Shown here: positions 38,401-51,328 of the stretch, one piece after another
Layout of the letters: each line of letters opens with the position of its first letter
Numbering within the stretch: the first letter of the stretch is position 1
DNA from: Macrostomum lignano
Taxonomy: Eukaryota
Reading direction: 5' to 3'
NCBI GenBank assembly: GCA_002269645.1
Contig: NIVC01003269.1
Location: forward strand, 43,892-107,891
DNA: 64,000 nt
Program-made: the position numbers and the translations under genes
Notes under the pieces: model-generated
Databases searched by the model: none
What the model was told of the DNA's origin: nothing
The model's input: the letters and a program-made list of their open reading frames with translations, nothing else

Positions 38401-39136
38401 TTTAGAAATACAGTTTACAATACATATCTTTTGAAAGTCAAGATGATTTAACCAATAAAATAATGTTCTTTTTTATGTTGAATAGAATTCTTCATTTTTA
38501 CATTGAATACAATGGAATAAAATGTAACTAATAATAGAATAAATCAAGAACTATCCTTCAACAACAAAAATGCACATTATAGACTTTATATTGACTAAAT
38601 ACTCTTTTATAGAGGAATTTGGACACTAGTATAAATATTTGATTTGCAGTAACTTTTGAAAACTATAACTTGCTTGATTTTATTTTAATTAAGTTACCCG
38701 TCGAACTTTTCACCCGGAATTTCGCCCGGAATTTTTTGCGTTCACCCGGAATTTTTTCCTATTCCAGTAATGCAATCTGATCCGGGTGGAAATTCCGGAT
38801 CTGTAACGAAAGTTTACAGAATCCGGGCAAAATTTCCGGATCAAAAAGAAAAATTCTGGAAAATAGACCCGGATCGCTAAAAAAAATCTGGTGACTGTTC
38901 CGGGTGCGATCCGGGCGAGTGGAACGGATCAGCACACAAATCCGGGCTAAATTCCGGGCGACGAAAACCGGATCAACACACAATTCCGGGCGAGTGAACC
39001 GGATCAGCACACAAATCCGGGCTAATTCCGGGCGAGTGAACCGGATCAGCACACAATTCCGGGCTAATTCCGGGCGAGTGAACCGGATCAACACACAATT
39101 CCGGGCGAGTGAACCGGATCAGCACACAAATCCGGG

Positions 39137-40388
39137 CATACTGGGCCAGTTAGAGCTATTTGGAACTATGCCACAGTCTCCGTCTAGACACCCAGCTGTG
39201 CCAAACAATATGGTTGGCTGATTTTATGCTTCTAAGCGTCAAATATGACGATAGAATCATTCAGCCCGTTGACACACTAAGCAGCTGTGATAGACTACAT
39301 GCCAGTGGAAGTCAAACCTCTCGCACACAAACAGGGCGCAACAATTTTTCAATTGTCACCTGTACGGAGGATGGGCTCAGCCTCACATTACAGACGCTAC
39401 AGAGCCGCCGAAAAGCAGATAAGTTGTCTCATCAAAGCGAGGCTTTATTGCCCCTCGCAGGTCAGCTTATCAGCTGCCTTAAGCCACAACAGAAGCGAGG
39501 ATTGATTATCCATCGCAGGTCAACTTATCAGCTGCCTTGAGCCACAACAGAAGCGAGGATTGATTATCCATCGCAGGTCAGCTTATTAGCTGCCTTGAGC
39601 CACAACAGAAGCGAGGATTGATTATCCATCGCAGGTCAGCTTATCAGCTGCCTTGAGCCACAACAGAAGCGAGGCTTTATTGCCCCTCGCAGGTCAGCTT
39701 ATCAGCTGCCTTAAGCCACAACAGAAGCGAGGATTGATTATCCATCGCAGGTCAGCTTATCAGCTGCCTTGAGCCACAACAGAAGCGAGGATTGATTATC
39801 CATCGCAGGTCAGCTTATCAGCTGCCTTGAGCCACAACAGAAGCGAGGATTGATTATCCATCGCAGGTCAGCTTATCAGCTGCCTTGAGCCACAACAGAA
39901 GCGAGGATTGATTATCCATCGCAGGTCAGCTTATCAGCTGCCTTAAGCCACACGATATGGTTACCGACCATAGTAGTCCGTATAGACTACTCTAGACGTG
40001 ATCTGCTCATGGCTGGTGCAACTGCAAATGCCTTAGACAAACCACTGGAAGCATGTACCGACAAAAATCGGATTAGCGTCTATCTTAATAGGAAAGCTGC
40101 TTTGCATACTGGGCCAGTTAGAGCTATTTGGAACCATGCCACAGTCTCCGTCTAGACACCCAGCTGTGCCAAACAATATGGTTGGCTGATTTTATGCTTC
40201 TAAGCGTCAAATATGACGATAGAATCATTCAGCCCGTTGACACACTAAGCAGCTGTGATAGACTACATGCCAGTGGAAGTCAAACCTCTCGCACACAAAC
40301 AGGGCGCAACAATTTTTCAATTGTCACCTGTACGGAGGATGGGCTCAGCCTCACATTACGGACGCTACAGAGCCGCCAAAAAGCAGAT
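39137..40388. repeat. ~285-bp direct repeats (39137-39420 and 40105-40388) enclosing a 58-bp tandem array (39480-39950)
   Basis: catactgggccagttagagc...aagcagat is duplicated with ~3 mismatches; array unit gccacaacagaagcgaggattgattatccatcgcaggtcagcttatcagctgccttga. Confidence 0.88.
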
Positions 40389-40574
40389 CAATTCACATTG
40401 CAATTTCGAGGCTTTATTACCCCTCGCTTTCCAAGAGGAATTAGCGCCGTTGACCAAATGGATGCCAGGGATTGCCTGATGGGATAGCCATTTGCTGGGG
40501 TCTGTATTCAGCGGTTTTCCATCGGAGGCTTCCTCTCAAAATCCCCATGGAACTTATATAATGGATGCCAGATT

Positions 40575-41430
40575 GATTCCGACTCAAGTCCCGAAATTTT
40601 CCCGGATCAGCTTTGCCCGGAACTTGGCTGAAATTCGGGTCAAGGGAGCTGATCCAGGTGAATTTTCCGGATTATTTGGTCCGGATCACTAGGGAATTCC
40701 GACTCAAGTCCCGAAATTTTCCCGGATCAGCTTCGCCCGGAACTTGGCTGAAATTCGGGTCAAGGGAGCTGATCCGGGTGAATTTTCCGGATTATTTGGT
40801 CCGGATCACTAGGGAATTCCGACTCAAGTCCCGAAATTTTCCCGGATCAGCTTCGCCCGGAACTTGGCTGAAATTCGGGTCAGGGGAGCTGATCCGGGTG
40901 AATTTTCCGGATCAGTTGGTCCAGATCACTAGGGAATTCCGACTCAAGTCCCGAAATTTTCCTGGATCAGCTTCGCCCGGAACTTGGCTGAAATTCGGGT
41001 CAAGGGAGCTGATCCGGGTGAATTTTCCAGATTATTTGGTCCGGATCACTAGGGAATTCCGACTCAAGTCCCGAAATTTTCCCGGATCAGCTTCGCCCGG
41101 AACTTGGCTGAAATTTGGGTCAAGGGAGCTGATCCGGGTGAATTTTCCGGATCAGTTGGTCCGGATCACTAGGGAATTCCGACTCAAGTCCCGAAATTTT
41201 CCCGGATCAGCTTCGCCCGGAACTTGGCTGAAATTCGGGTCAAGGGAGCTGATCCGGGTGAATTTTCCGGATTATTTGGTCCAGATCACTAGGGAATTCC
41301 GACTCAAGTCCCAAAATTTTCCCGGATCAGCTTCGCCCGGAACTTGGCTGAAATTTGGGTCAAGGGAGCTGATCCAGGTGAATTTTCCGGATCAGTTGGT
41401 CCGGATCACTGGAGAATTCCGACTCAATTC
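40575..41430. repeat. 120-bp tandem array (~7 copies) with an internal inverted repeat in each unit
   Basis: Sequence lines repeat every 120 nt; cccggatcagcttc pairs with ggagctgatccggg inside each unit. Confidence 0.92.
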
Positions 41431-44400
41431 CCGAAATCTCACCCGGAACATTTTCACCCGGAACACTACTGAAATTTGGGTCTACACCCAGAATTCCATA
41501 GTGTTCCAGGTGAAAAATTCCGGAAAATCAGACCGGAACAGCTTTCCTTTTCCCGAAAATTTTCCGGATCATATTTCCGGATTTTTTTCCGGAACAAGGG
41601 GCTGTTCCGGGCCAAAAAAACTGATCCGGGCCTTCACCCGGAAATCAATTAAAAATTGGGCCCGGATCACAAAATTCCGGAAAAAATTCCGGGTGAAACG
41701 TTCGACGGGTACTTATTATATTAATACTTATAATAAGGCTATAAGTACTTAAAATTGAAAATTATAGTTACTTATTATAAATTTGAATCAAATTAAATTG
41801 AAATAATTCAAATTGATTTCAATTAATTCAATAAATTGGATTTTTTGGAAAAATTAGACAATATTAAATATTACTGTACAATACAATATACTAAATCTCT
41901 ATTCATTACTAAAAATCTACTGGCTAAACTAAAACAACAATTAGTCTTTAAGAAAATTCCACTTGTTAATTGAGAAAAATGAGGTTGTATGAGATGTAAA
42001 AATGCAAATGAGCATGCAGAAACAGAGACAAACAAAAATGTAGGCAAAATTTGTGAAAATATTTCACATTAAATGAAGAAAGACACTGCAAATGCACATT
42101 TAATATGATAAGGAGACATAATGCGCACACTAAAACACCAGTAGCAATGGCGCCCAAGCCTTTGATGATCAAAAGTGAGCTCTTGTCTGCCTCTCATTGC
42201 GTCCCCAGAACCCATGCAATAATAAAACTTATGATCAAACTATGCATGGTTTCCGTTCCTTGCTTTGAATCTCTCACCTCCCCTAGTTCTATCAACCTTA
42301 GTAGCTCCTATGCAAAAATCATCCCTTAGCATCTTATACACACGTGGCTACTTCAGGCTATAGCCTGTACTACACTTTTATAATTGGTTGCACTAAGGAA
42401 TCATATTTTGCTTGCAGCGCACTGCTCAAAGAAGGCTGGAGCTTTTCTAGTAATTTCAGGTTTGTCCATTGACCAAAAGCAGCAAAAGCTCATGTGATAG
42501 GAATTCTATCAATGACATGTAATAATGAATGAACTTATAGTGCATGTGCTGTGCATATATATTATATGTATACATATATGGTCTATAAGTCAAATACATG
42601 TACATGTATTGTGTTGCACAATTCTTGGTATCACTTGGCAGCAGGCACAAGATGCAGTTAAGCAGCGCACGAAAATTCTACAAAATAAATTGAGCCTGGT
42701 TGAGGTGATGCAAGGAGGCAGGTCTACATAATCATAGTGAATCCATACAATCTCAGTGAATCCACTGGACTGCACCAGATACATGTCCGGTCGAATGAGC
42801 ACACTGGTTAGCAGCATACGCATGTCCTTCTGACAATGACAAGCTTTGTCCAAGCCTTGCCAGTATCACTGAAAGTGTCAATACTACTATGCAGTGCCAC
42901 CTGCAGCACCAACAACAACAGTTCCTCCAGTTAGCCCACCATAGTAGCTAAAACTGAAGGGGATCCTACCCACCAAAGACACACATACAAGACTGGCAGC
43001 AGCACTCTGATGGCATAACCTGAAGCTCCATGAGCTCAGTTTTTGAGTATTGAAGAAGCAGAAGCAGTCTTTGGATGCAGGGAAGTAAGAGTATTGCATG
43101 TCCGACATGTGCTATTTCCAGTGGCAAAAGGTGACAAAGCAATTAATCAACACTTACTACCTATCAAAACTAAAAAATGGACGCAAGCCAGAATTAAACC
43201 AAAAAAACTTTTTACAATACTTCTATAATTATAGAAGAGGTACTCTATTTAAATGCAGTAGAAAGTGAAACTAATTTAATTTAATAAATAATAAGTTGAT
43301 TTAATTTAATTTAACAACTAATTTAACTAATTTAGTGTAATTTGAGAGTCAAAAATTTTTTTAGACATAGCACACAATAAGCTCTTGATTCATTTTTTAG
43401 CTTGGGGCCCATTTGAATAAAGGTTTATAAGGTCAGTTACTTCAAAATATTGGTCTAGAAATTAACACACTGTTGTTTTAATTTAAATATATAAGGGCTT
43501 TTAGAAGTTAATTTTTGTCAAGTTGACAAATATTATGATGACTAATTAGAACTATAATGACTCTTAAATAAGCCTAAATGCTTCTCTAATTGACTCTAAA
43601 TATATTGTATCTTTCTAGTCAAATAAAGAGTAGCATAGAATGACTTGATAAAAACAAAAAATCATTTCAAGATACACATTAGCTGATCATTCAAATCAAA
43701 TTTCAAGGTCCAGTTTTGAACATGTACCTCTATAGCTTGGTTACAAGGATTTTCAATAAAAATATAATAAATTTGTCAAATAAACTACTGATATATAGCC
43801 AAATTGAAATATTTTCAAAAATAAAAAAATCATTTGCTCATTTCACTTTAGTGGATATCTATGTAAAATTTCAGCTCAAAAAGGTGCTCTATGAAGAATG
43901 CTAATGTGGTTATAGGAAATTTATCTTGTGCTTCAAAGTATGGTTTTATACGACACATGTTTGTTTTTAATTATTTTTATCACTAATTAATGTTCTACTT
44001 CACAAAAGTTTTTTAAAAAAAGATAATAAGACATATTTTTGTAATTATCTGTATCAAAATGTATCATTTTAAGCACTCATTCTAGGCATCAGCTAAAAAA
44101 TACATTTTGTGAGACGCTAAGTGGCTGTACTACCAGGAATGCTAGGCATATAGTTAAGTGTCTATAAAATTGTTTATAGTGCAGTTTATGTCTTTTAACA
44201 TTTTCTAAAATTAAATTTATAAAAGCTTTTGTTTCTATGTAATATAGCAAGTTTTCAACACAACAACTTTTTTAAGTTACAGACTGTATCATAGTGTCAA
44301 AAAATAGGACATAGGTGAAATGATTGAATTTGAATTTTTTTCATCGCCTAATACTGCAAGATAACTTAAAACATTTTTGTAACATAAATTTCAACCCAAA

Positions 44401-46619
44401 AAATATCTTTATTCACAGATGAAAGTGTCCTATTATTTTCAATATGGCAGTAACAATAGTAGGCCTAAATGTTCGGAAAATTGTTAAAATTTTTGCTCCA
44501 CCCAAGATTTGCGAACAACCTATCTAATTTGTCAACAGTTAAAACAAGCTAAGCAAATTTGTCAATAACAGGACAAGACTTCATGACTTCATGAATGTAT
44601 ATTCTAAATTCTACTATATATACATGATTCAAAATCTAACGATTCAAATAGGCCCCTAGCTATTGAAATAGGGCCTGATGTTTTGAATCTAATTTCAATG
44701 CTAAAAGATTTCTGAGATTCTCTAGGCCCTAGGCCTAATTATGGACAAAGAATTGTCTCTTTGAATGGACAAAAGTGACTAGAATTTTCTATATCATCAT
44801 TTAGAATTGTTAAAAAACTATAAATGGGTAATTCCACAAGAGGGTTCCATCATGTTTTTGAACTTTAAAATAAAAGCACATTTGTAACTTTTGAGCCATA
44901 GATAGGCCTAGAACAAAGCTGCAAAAAGCAATCTGTGTTAAACTTCTAGTTCTATATTTTTCACAGAGCTGCTTTTGAATTCTAAAACAACTAGGCCTAG
45001 AACACATAGCAGAGCATAAACTATGCCGACGGTCGTTTAAACGATCATATTGTATAAAATCCAAAATTGGCATAAAAATAAGGTAAGACTAAGCTAAGAC
45101 TAGAGCCTAAGAGCAAGGCCTACTAAAGCAAACTGTGCCTACCGAAAGAATAGGCTCTGTGAGAGACTACACAATAGTTTAGGCTAGTAGTAGTATTACT
45201 ATTATTATTAATTTCGTACCACACGCGGATAACAGAAAAAGAAATAATAGGTTCAGCAATAAATATAACGTGGAAGAATAGAGTGATTTTAAACTAAGAA
45301 TATGGCTTTCATTTTCTATGCGGGAACCGCGGGAACGGGATTTTCTATGCCCCCCCCCGGTTTTACACTCGAAAAAAACTTGGAACGAAACTGGCATTTT
45401 CTCTATTTCAAAACGGCGCCAGACTGCGTTGCTTCCAGTTCAATACGCACTACATATGTGATTCATAGAAAAGAATAATTTTAATTTTAATGACACTCTG
45501 AATTCACGTGATAAACTCCTTTTTCATTCCCTTAGCATTCCCAGCATTTGAGAGCCTCTTTATTGCTTACCCTCCGCGCTTTAATCTGAATCCACCATCT
45601 TTCCTTTACAATATGAAAGTATGTAGCATACCGTTTATTCAGCTGCAATCGTTGGGCAAAGATGGTGGAAAAATATTACCCGTAAACAAGTAAAATCAGC
45701 TTGCATGTGTTTTATCAACTTCAGACGGGCACCTGCAGTCTCTTCACGAAAACACTCGAGAGACCTCTAGACAACTTCGCAGACGAAGGCTCCACTAAAT
45801 GCCCAAGAAATCGCTTTCTGCAAACTTTTATCCTGCAAGCCATGAAAACCGCGATTCTGAAGAGCCGATTCAAATTTCAATCTGCAGAATCCGTTCCCTT
45901 GCCCAACCGTAAAATCCACCAGCTTATCCAAACGTGACGCGCTTCGCGCTAGCAACCCGTCGGACCTGAGAATCGCAGATGTTCAATCACAACCAATCGC
46001 AGAGAAGACCGGGTCGTTGGAACGAGTTAATTTCCTTTACAATGTCCTCAAAGTCATCAACCTGCCCTTACTTCCAGGCTCTGTCTACCCTCAAAAAATC
46101 TGTCTGACTGCCTAGCGCGGCTAAAAACGTCATCATCAAATTCAACGAAAAATTACCAGCCTCATCTGACGCTATAGCTGAGACGATAGACTGGCTCAAC
46201 TGCCTATTCACGAAACCCCGCCTGCATTGTTCGAACGCCTCGTCCGCTGTCGCTTTAAGGCCCTCCGCGCGTTACTCGGGATGTGTCCCCCTCTTCTCTG
46301 CCGACGACGTCAAGTGGGCCATGAGGCTGTCCAAGCCATCTAAAGCGATTTGGCCAGACGGCATCTGCCCTTTCGTCGTTAGGCTTGACTACGACTTACA
46401 TGTAGCTGCAGGGGAACATCGTCAGGCCGGCAGCGAGAAGATGGAGGAGACCGTGGCTATTCCGCGAGCCCCTGGCGATAAAAAGCTTCCGTCGAAGTGA
46501 TGTCGCTCAGAGGGATCCGTCCGTCTTGCCTGTCCTCCTGGCGGTGGGAAAGAACTTAGCTCGTCCCGTATCCCTGAAGTTACTGGGCGAGCAGCAGGAT
46601 GCTCTCGCGGGCCTGCAAA

Positions 46620-48560
46620 CGTCAGGGAGAACTTAACGGGTTTGATCCGAGTTGAATGAGCCTGGTCTCTGGTGAAGACCGGGCAATGCCAAAGTGCTCA
46701 GCGTTTTCACTGCCTGAGCGGCAGAAGGGGCACCGCTCCTCGGGTACCTGGCCCTGAAGGAAGCGGTGGTGAGAGAAGTAGCCATGCCCGGAGAGGGCCA
46801 TGCTGACTGCTCTGAGCCCTGAGGTCTCTGTGGTTGAGCCTGAGGAGGGCTCTACGCAGGAGGGGGAGGGAACAGGGGATGGCAGCATGGTATTTCCTGC
46901 AATTCCGAGTGTCGTGCCACCTGCGGAGGTGCTCGGAGTCAGCCCAGCGCTTAACGCGGGAGTTGACCACCGAGGTAGGGATGGGGGCCCGGTGGCCCGC
47001 AGAAGGGCGCCGGCAGAGAAATGCTCTTTCCATATAGAGGGCAGAGGGCGAGGGCTTCATGGTCCAGAGCAGTTTGTTGGTAAATATAACCGCTGTAGTT
47101 TCTGAATCTGGTTTGCCTAACGCTCCAGCAAATTTCTGGTTGTGTCGACCGAGAAATCGAGGGTCGACATATGCGGTCCCACGTCATCGGCATAGCCCAC
47201 CTTGAGAATAGGGTCATGAAGAGCACTGCAAAGCAACTCATCCATGACATTGTTCTAGAGAACAGGGGTAACCCGCCCTGAGGATCCCTTTCTGGACATG
47301 CGCCGTTTGAGCTGCCGTTCAGGTGGGCCCCAACAGTGCGGTTTCGGATCATGAGCATGATCCACCGGACAAGGTGAGGGTGGGTGGCCCTGGATTCCAG
47401 GGCTCTACCAAGACCTCGAAGATGACATTTTCGAAGGCCCCTCAATGTCCAGGAAAAGCGAACGGGCAAAGCCGCTGCCAAGAACGGCCCTCGCCAAGTA
47501 AACGATGACGGAGGGCACTCTCAGTAGACCTGCCCGCACGGAAGGTGTGCTGGTTCTGTGGAGTGGGAAGCGCTTCAGCTCGACCGAGAGCAGGCGACAA
47601 AGCACCAGCCTTTCGAGGAGCTTAAATCAGAAAGAGGGGAGACTGCAGATAGGCTTGAAGGCCATACGCGATTGGTAGTCGCTCTTCCCAGGCTTGGGAT
47701 AAATTAAAGACCACCCGGGCCTCTCTCCATGCAAATGTTACATTTCCCAGTTCCACAAAGCTCGGAGGAGACGACAAAGGAGGTTTAATAAAAAAGCGTT
47801 GGTTTTTTACCGCCTCGCGTGCAAGAACGCTGGGTAGATGCCATCGGGCCCAGGCGCCTTGAGCAAGTTAAAGGACCTTGCCGCTCTATAGTAATGTGGT
47901 CTTTGGTGATAAAAGGCTTTGCTAGGCCATGCCTTCTCACGGTGTTGTCAGGCGGGCCCTGCTAGGTCGGGGATTTAGGGAAAAACTGCTGAGCATGAGC
48001 TCTAGAGTCTCTTCAGAGCTCTCTGTGACCGAGCGATCAGGTCTCTTTACTACAGCTGGGAAAGTTTAGAAAAACGCGGTCGTTCGTGAGTGCCTTCAAC
48101 AGAGGATCGACCCCTGACCAGTCGGAAGGGAGTAGGCGACATTCGCCGCCCTTCGCCCACCGGCGACAGGGTCTTCCACCTCGGAGTGGCCCAATGCCCT
48201 GGAACAGCCAGCCGTCTTGGCAGGCGGATCGTCTCCAGTCAGCCCTGCCCCAAGGGGTTGGGCCCAGTTAGCTGGGACGTCCTCACCGTCCCTGGACGAA
48301 CTGGTGCGCCTGAGCGTCCCGGCGACCTTTCGCTTCAGCTAACTGATTTTGGCGGTGCGGACCACTGCAGCTGCTCGCTGGAACAGGCCACGCCGTCTGG
48401 TGCTGCGCGTTGGGCGTCGGTCGGCTCCGCCCTCAGTAACGTGCTCACCCTTGCCCGCGGGGTCATGCTGCCGGGAGGGACGGTTCGCTTTGGCGGCCCG
48501 GGAAGAAGCGTCAGCGTCCCACCCACCCTGCATGCTTACTGCCACGGGGAGGGTCGGCCT
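46620..48560 (-). mobile_element. Decayed non-LTR retrotransposon (R1/LOA-like LINE), frameshifted and internally deleted
   Basis: Minus-strand fragments KAPGPDGIYPA, PKPGKSDY..FKPI, LFLDIEG, PQGG and a GYADD-like segment, then PIPTSVVNSRVKRW and C-terminal ALSGHGYFSHH...CPFCRSGSENAEH zinc finger; many stops and frameshifts. Confidence 0.8.
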
Positions 48561-49014
48561 CGTAGGAGTGGATGCAGTTTTCTCAACTTTAAAATTTACG
48601 GCCACCTTTCTAACCCGCGTTAACTGCGTGTTTATATCAAACGGTGCGCCACTTCCGCAAGCGCTGTACCTGAAAATTATGAGGATCATTTTCGACCCCA
48701 ATTTAGCTGTCTTTTTTTAGACGTCTTCACCCTAGCGGACAAAGTCCAGAAGAGAACAAGCATTTTGCGCTACCTGGCCGGCACCACTTACATGAGGCGC
48801 TGAAATATTTTAAAATAATATGTGGGTTTTATTGTTCTTCTTCTGGTCTCTCACTTCTATGGCTCTTGTTCTACTTCAAATATCAATGTGAGAGCCAAAT
48901 AACTGAGGCGGCGGATTCAACTGACTTTTCCTGATGATGCAAACACTTGATGGTAACTTACAGACCGTTGTATTTGATGGTCACAATCTCGAGATGTTAT
49001 CTTACAAAATATAA

Positions 49015-49451
49015 TGTCTAAGATGGAATTCCAAATAAGAAGCTCGTTTTGTTCGAGTTCCAAGGGGTTTCTAAGTGTTCGGGGGAACCGAAGGTTCAGT
49101 CTATTGTGGAACGTGGGTTGGTTGTTGTTTTAGTTTTAGTGAGTCAATTTATCAGTTTTAGTGTTTGGGCCGAGACCCTGGCAGTGTCAATCAAAAGTAG
49201 TCAAAGGAGGTAAGATACGAGAAGGGCAAAAGAGAGGCGGAAGAGAGAAAAGGCCAGGGAGGCGCGAGCTTCTTGGTTGGTTAACATGAGCTTTTATAGT
49301 ACTTTTCAGTCTTGATCGCATTGGATGGTACATAACTGTTTTTCATTGGTTGAGGTTGGGGTCGTGTCCTCAGCTTTTGCTAGTTGGAGCGCATTCGTTG
49401 GTTAAAATACATTCAATCTGGATGGGAAGTTTCTAGAGCCAAAATGTGTCA
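49015..49451 (-). mobile_element. Candidate 3' LTR of the Gypsy element
   Basis: TG...CA-bounded ~440 bp. On the minus strand: purine-rich aaaaaatagagcgaattaag (PPT-like) just before it, two CCAAT boxes (49345-49, 49320-24), TATAAAAG (49291-98), then a pyrimidine tract. The second LTR is not in the window, so boundaries are unverified. Confidence 0.42.
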
Positions 49452-49493
49452 CTTAATTCGCTCTATTTTTTGGGGAAGCGAGGCCCTCCGAGC

Positions 49494-50434
49494 TAGGGAT
49501 TCCAAAATCCCGACATTTTACAATCCCGGGATTGAATAGTCCCGAAATCCCGATGCTGTTGAAATCCCGGGATTCAAAATCCCGGAATCCCGGTGCTTTT
49601 GCAATCCCGGGATTAAAAATCCCGGGATTCGATTCCCAAAAAAATCCCGGGATTCAAATCCCGGATTTTTGGCCCCAATCCCGGGATCCCGGGATCCCGG
49701 GATTGGAATCCCTAAATTGCTAGACGGACTGTGCGGCGTGCCGCGTGCAGTAGTCATGGTCTCGCGACTCTCAGAGTCTCAGGGCCTTTTCATATTACCA
49801 ATTCCAGAACCAGAATCGGTTCGGAATTCGAAGAAAAACAGCAGTATAACTATTAAACTCTGTTAATATTTGACTGCCTTAACAGCCTCACTTAGCACAA
49901 TTTTTCACTTTCTTCTTGGCGACTGTCATTCAATAATAAAAACTTTATAGCACGTATCTCCCTCTAGTTATGGAGACAAAAAGTTTATACTTCACAAATT
50001 GGTTCTTGTTCTGGAACCAGAGCAAGCAATATGAAAAGGCCATCAGTCTCGTCTCGTGGTAGAAAACGAAAAAAAAGTTAAAATTATCTATAATTTACAG
50101 TTCACATTAACAATTTTTAGCTCAATTAGGACAGGAGCTTTGCAAATGTTTAACGTTTCATTGAGAAACAGCAAAAACAAATAAATGTTTTATTATTCAA
50201 ATAAACGTTTAGACTTTAAATTATCTAATTTAGGCATTGAAAGGTCGTTCTAATCCCGGACCAATCCCGGGATTAAGGCCTTGAAATCCCGGGATCCCGA
50301 TCCCGGTCTTTTGCAATCCCGGGATTAAAAATCCCGGGATTCGATTCCCAAAAAAATCCCGGGATTCAAATCCCGGATTTTTGGCCCCAATCCCGGGATC
50401 CCGGGATCCCGGGATCCCGGGATTGGAATCCCTA
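49494..50434. mobile_element. Non-autonomous hAT-type element, 8-bp TSD CTCCGAGC, TIR TAGGGATTCCA
   Basis: ctccgagc at 49486-49493 and 50435-50442. Ends are tagggattcca / tggaatcccta. Dense atcccgggat palindromes; an internal duplicate of the right end finishes at ~49714. Confidence 0.85.
49782..50042. mobile_element. PIF/Harbinger-like MITE copy 1 (nested in the hAT element)
   Basis: TIR GGGCCTTTTCATATT, apparent 3-bp TSD TCA; inverted near-identical copy at 50965-51224. Confidence 0.78.
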
Positions 50435-50964
50435 CTCCGAGCGCATAACAACAGAAAAAGTATAGCAGGGGGCTAAAATTGATAAAATTGCAGAAAAAGA
50501 TAACGCATTGTATTAAACGAGAAAAGTTGTTGCAGAAAAAAATAGTGCGCAGTGAATAATGTTAGCAAAAATGTTTGAGTAAAAGGGAACCAATTTAAGC
50601 AAGGTAACATAGGTTAAAGTACAACATCAGTCTAAATAGCAAAAGAAGGGATAGCGCAGAGGGCCTTTAGTTAGGCGAAGCTAAACTAGTTAAGCAAGGA
50701 TGGAATAAAACGTAGCGAGGGTTAACCAAAAAAATCGATAAAATAGGTGTACAGAGCAAAACGGGGGTTTAGCGACACAAGCTTAAAATGAAAACGCGTT
50801 TGAGTTAGAAGGAAGGTAATAAAAATCGTTATACAGTGAAAGTTGGGGTGGTTGTAGCAAGGAGCCGCGCAGTTAATAAATCATATGTACAAGCTATGAG
50901 GTTAAAATCTTTTAAATAGGGAGCATGAAATAGTGAAAATTCCAGGAAAAATTGTACAGTCAAA

Positions 50965-51224
50965 GGGCCTTTTCATATTGCTTGCTCTGGTTCCAGAACC
51001 AGAACCAATTTGTGAAGTATAACTTTTTGTCTCCATAACTAGAGGGAGATACGTGCTATACAGTTTTTATTATTGAATGACAATCGCCAAGAAGAAAGTG
51101 AAAAATTGTGCTAATTTAGGTTGTTAAGGCAGTCAAATATTAACAGAGTTTAATAGTTATACTGCTGTTTTTCTTGGAATTCCGAACCGATTCTGGTTCT
51201 GGAATTGGTAATATGAAAAGGCCC
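50965..51224. mobile_element. PIF/Harbinger-like MITE copy 2 (inverted relative to copy 1)
   Basis: gggccttttcatatt...aatatgaaaaggccc, apparent 3-bp TSD AAA; reverse complement of 49782-50042 with a few changes. Confidence 0.8.
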
Positions 51225-51328
51225 AAAAGGGGTATATAACACCAAACTAAAACAGAACGAGGAGAGTTAGGTGATTTTTTTAACCGAAAGTGTTTTTGGT
51301 CAAATTAATTCCCACTCTAATTAGCATC

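Larger units (their letters stand above)
38697..41709. mobile_element. Non-autonomous TIR DNA element (TA-flanked, Tc1/mariner-IS630-like), 3.0 kb, CCGG-rich
   Basis: TIRs CCCGTCGAAC(T/G)TTTCACCCGGAATTT at both ends, flanked by TA at 38695-96 and 41710-11; subterminal ccgg-rich arrays; no transposase ORF. Confidence 0.82.

Noticed and set aside
9056-41430. Regular 30-40-bp arrays resembling CRISPR
   Set aside because: Units are contiguous with no unique spacers, there are no cas genes, and the context is eukaryotic.
42456-43108. Short ORFs as a host gene exon
   Set aside because: Multiple stops in all frames and no recognisable family; kept only as part of the CpG-erosion finding.
46355-46432. 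Hammerhead-like CTGACGA...GAAA on the minus strand near the LINE 3' end
   Set aside because: Stem I and the stem III/NUH junction do not pair correctly, and stem II is not convincing.
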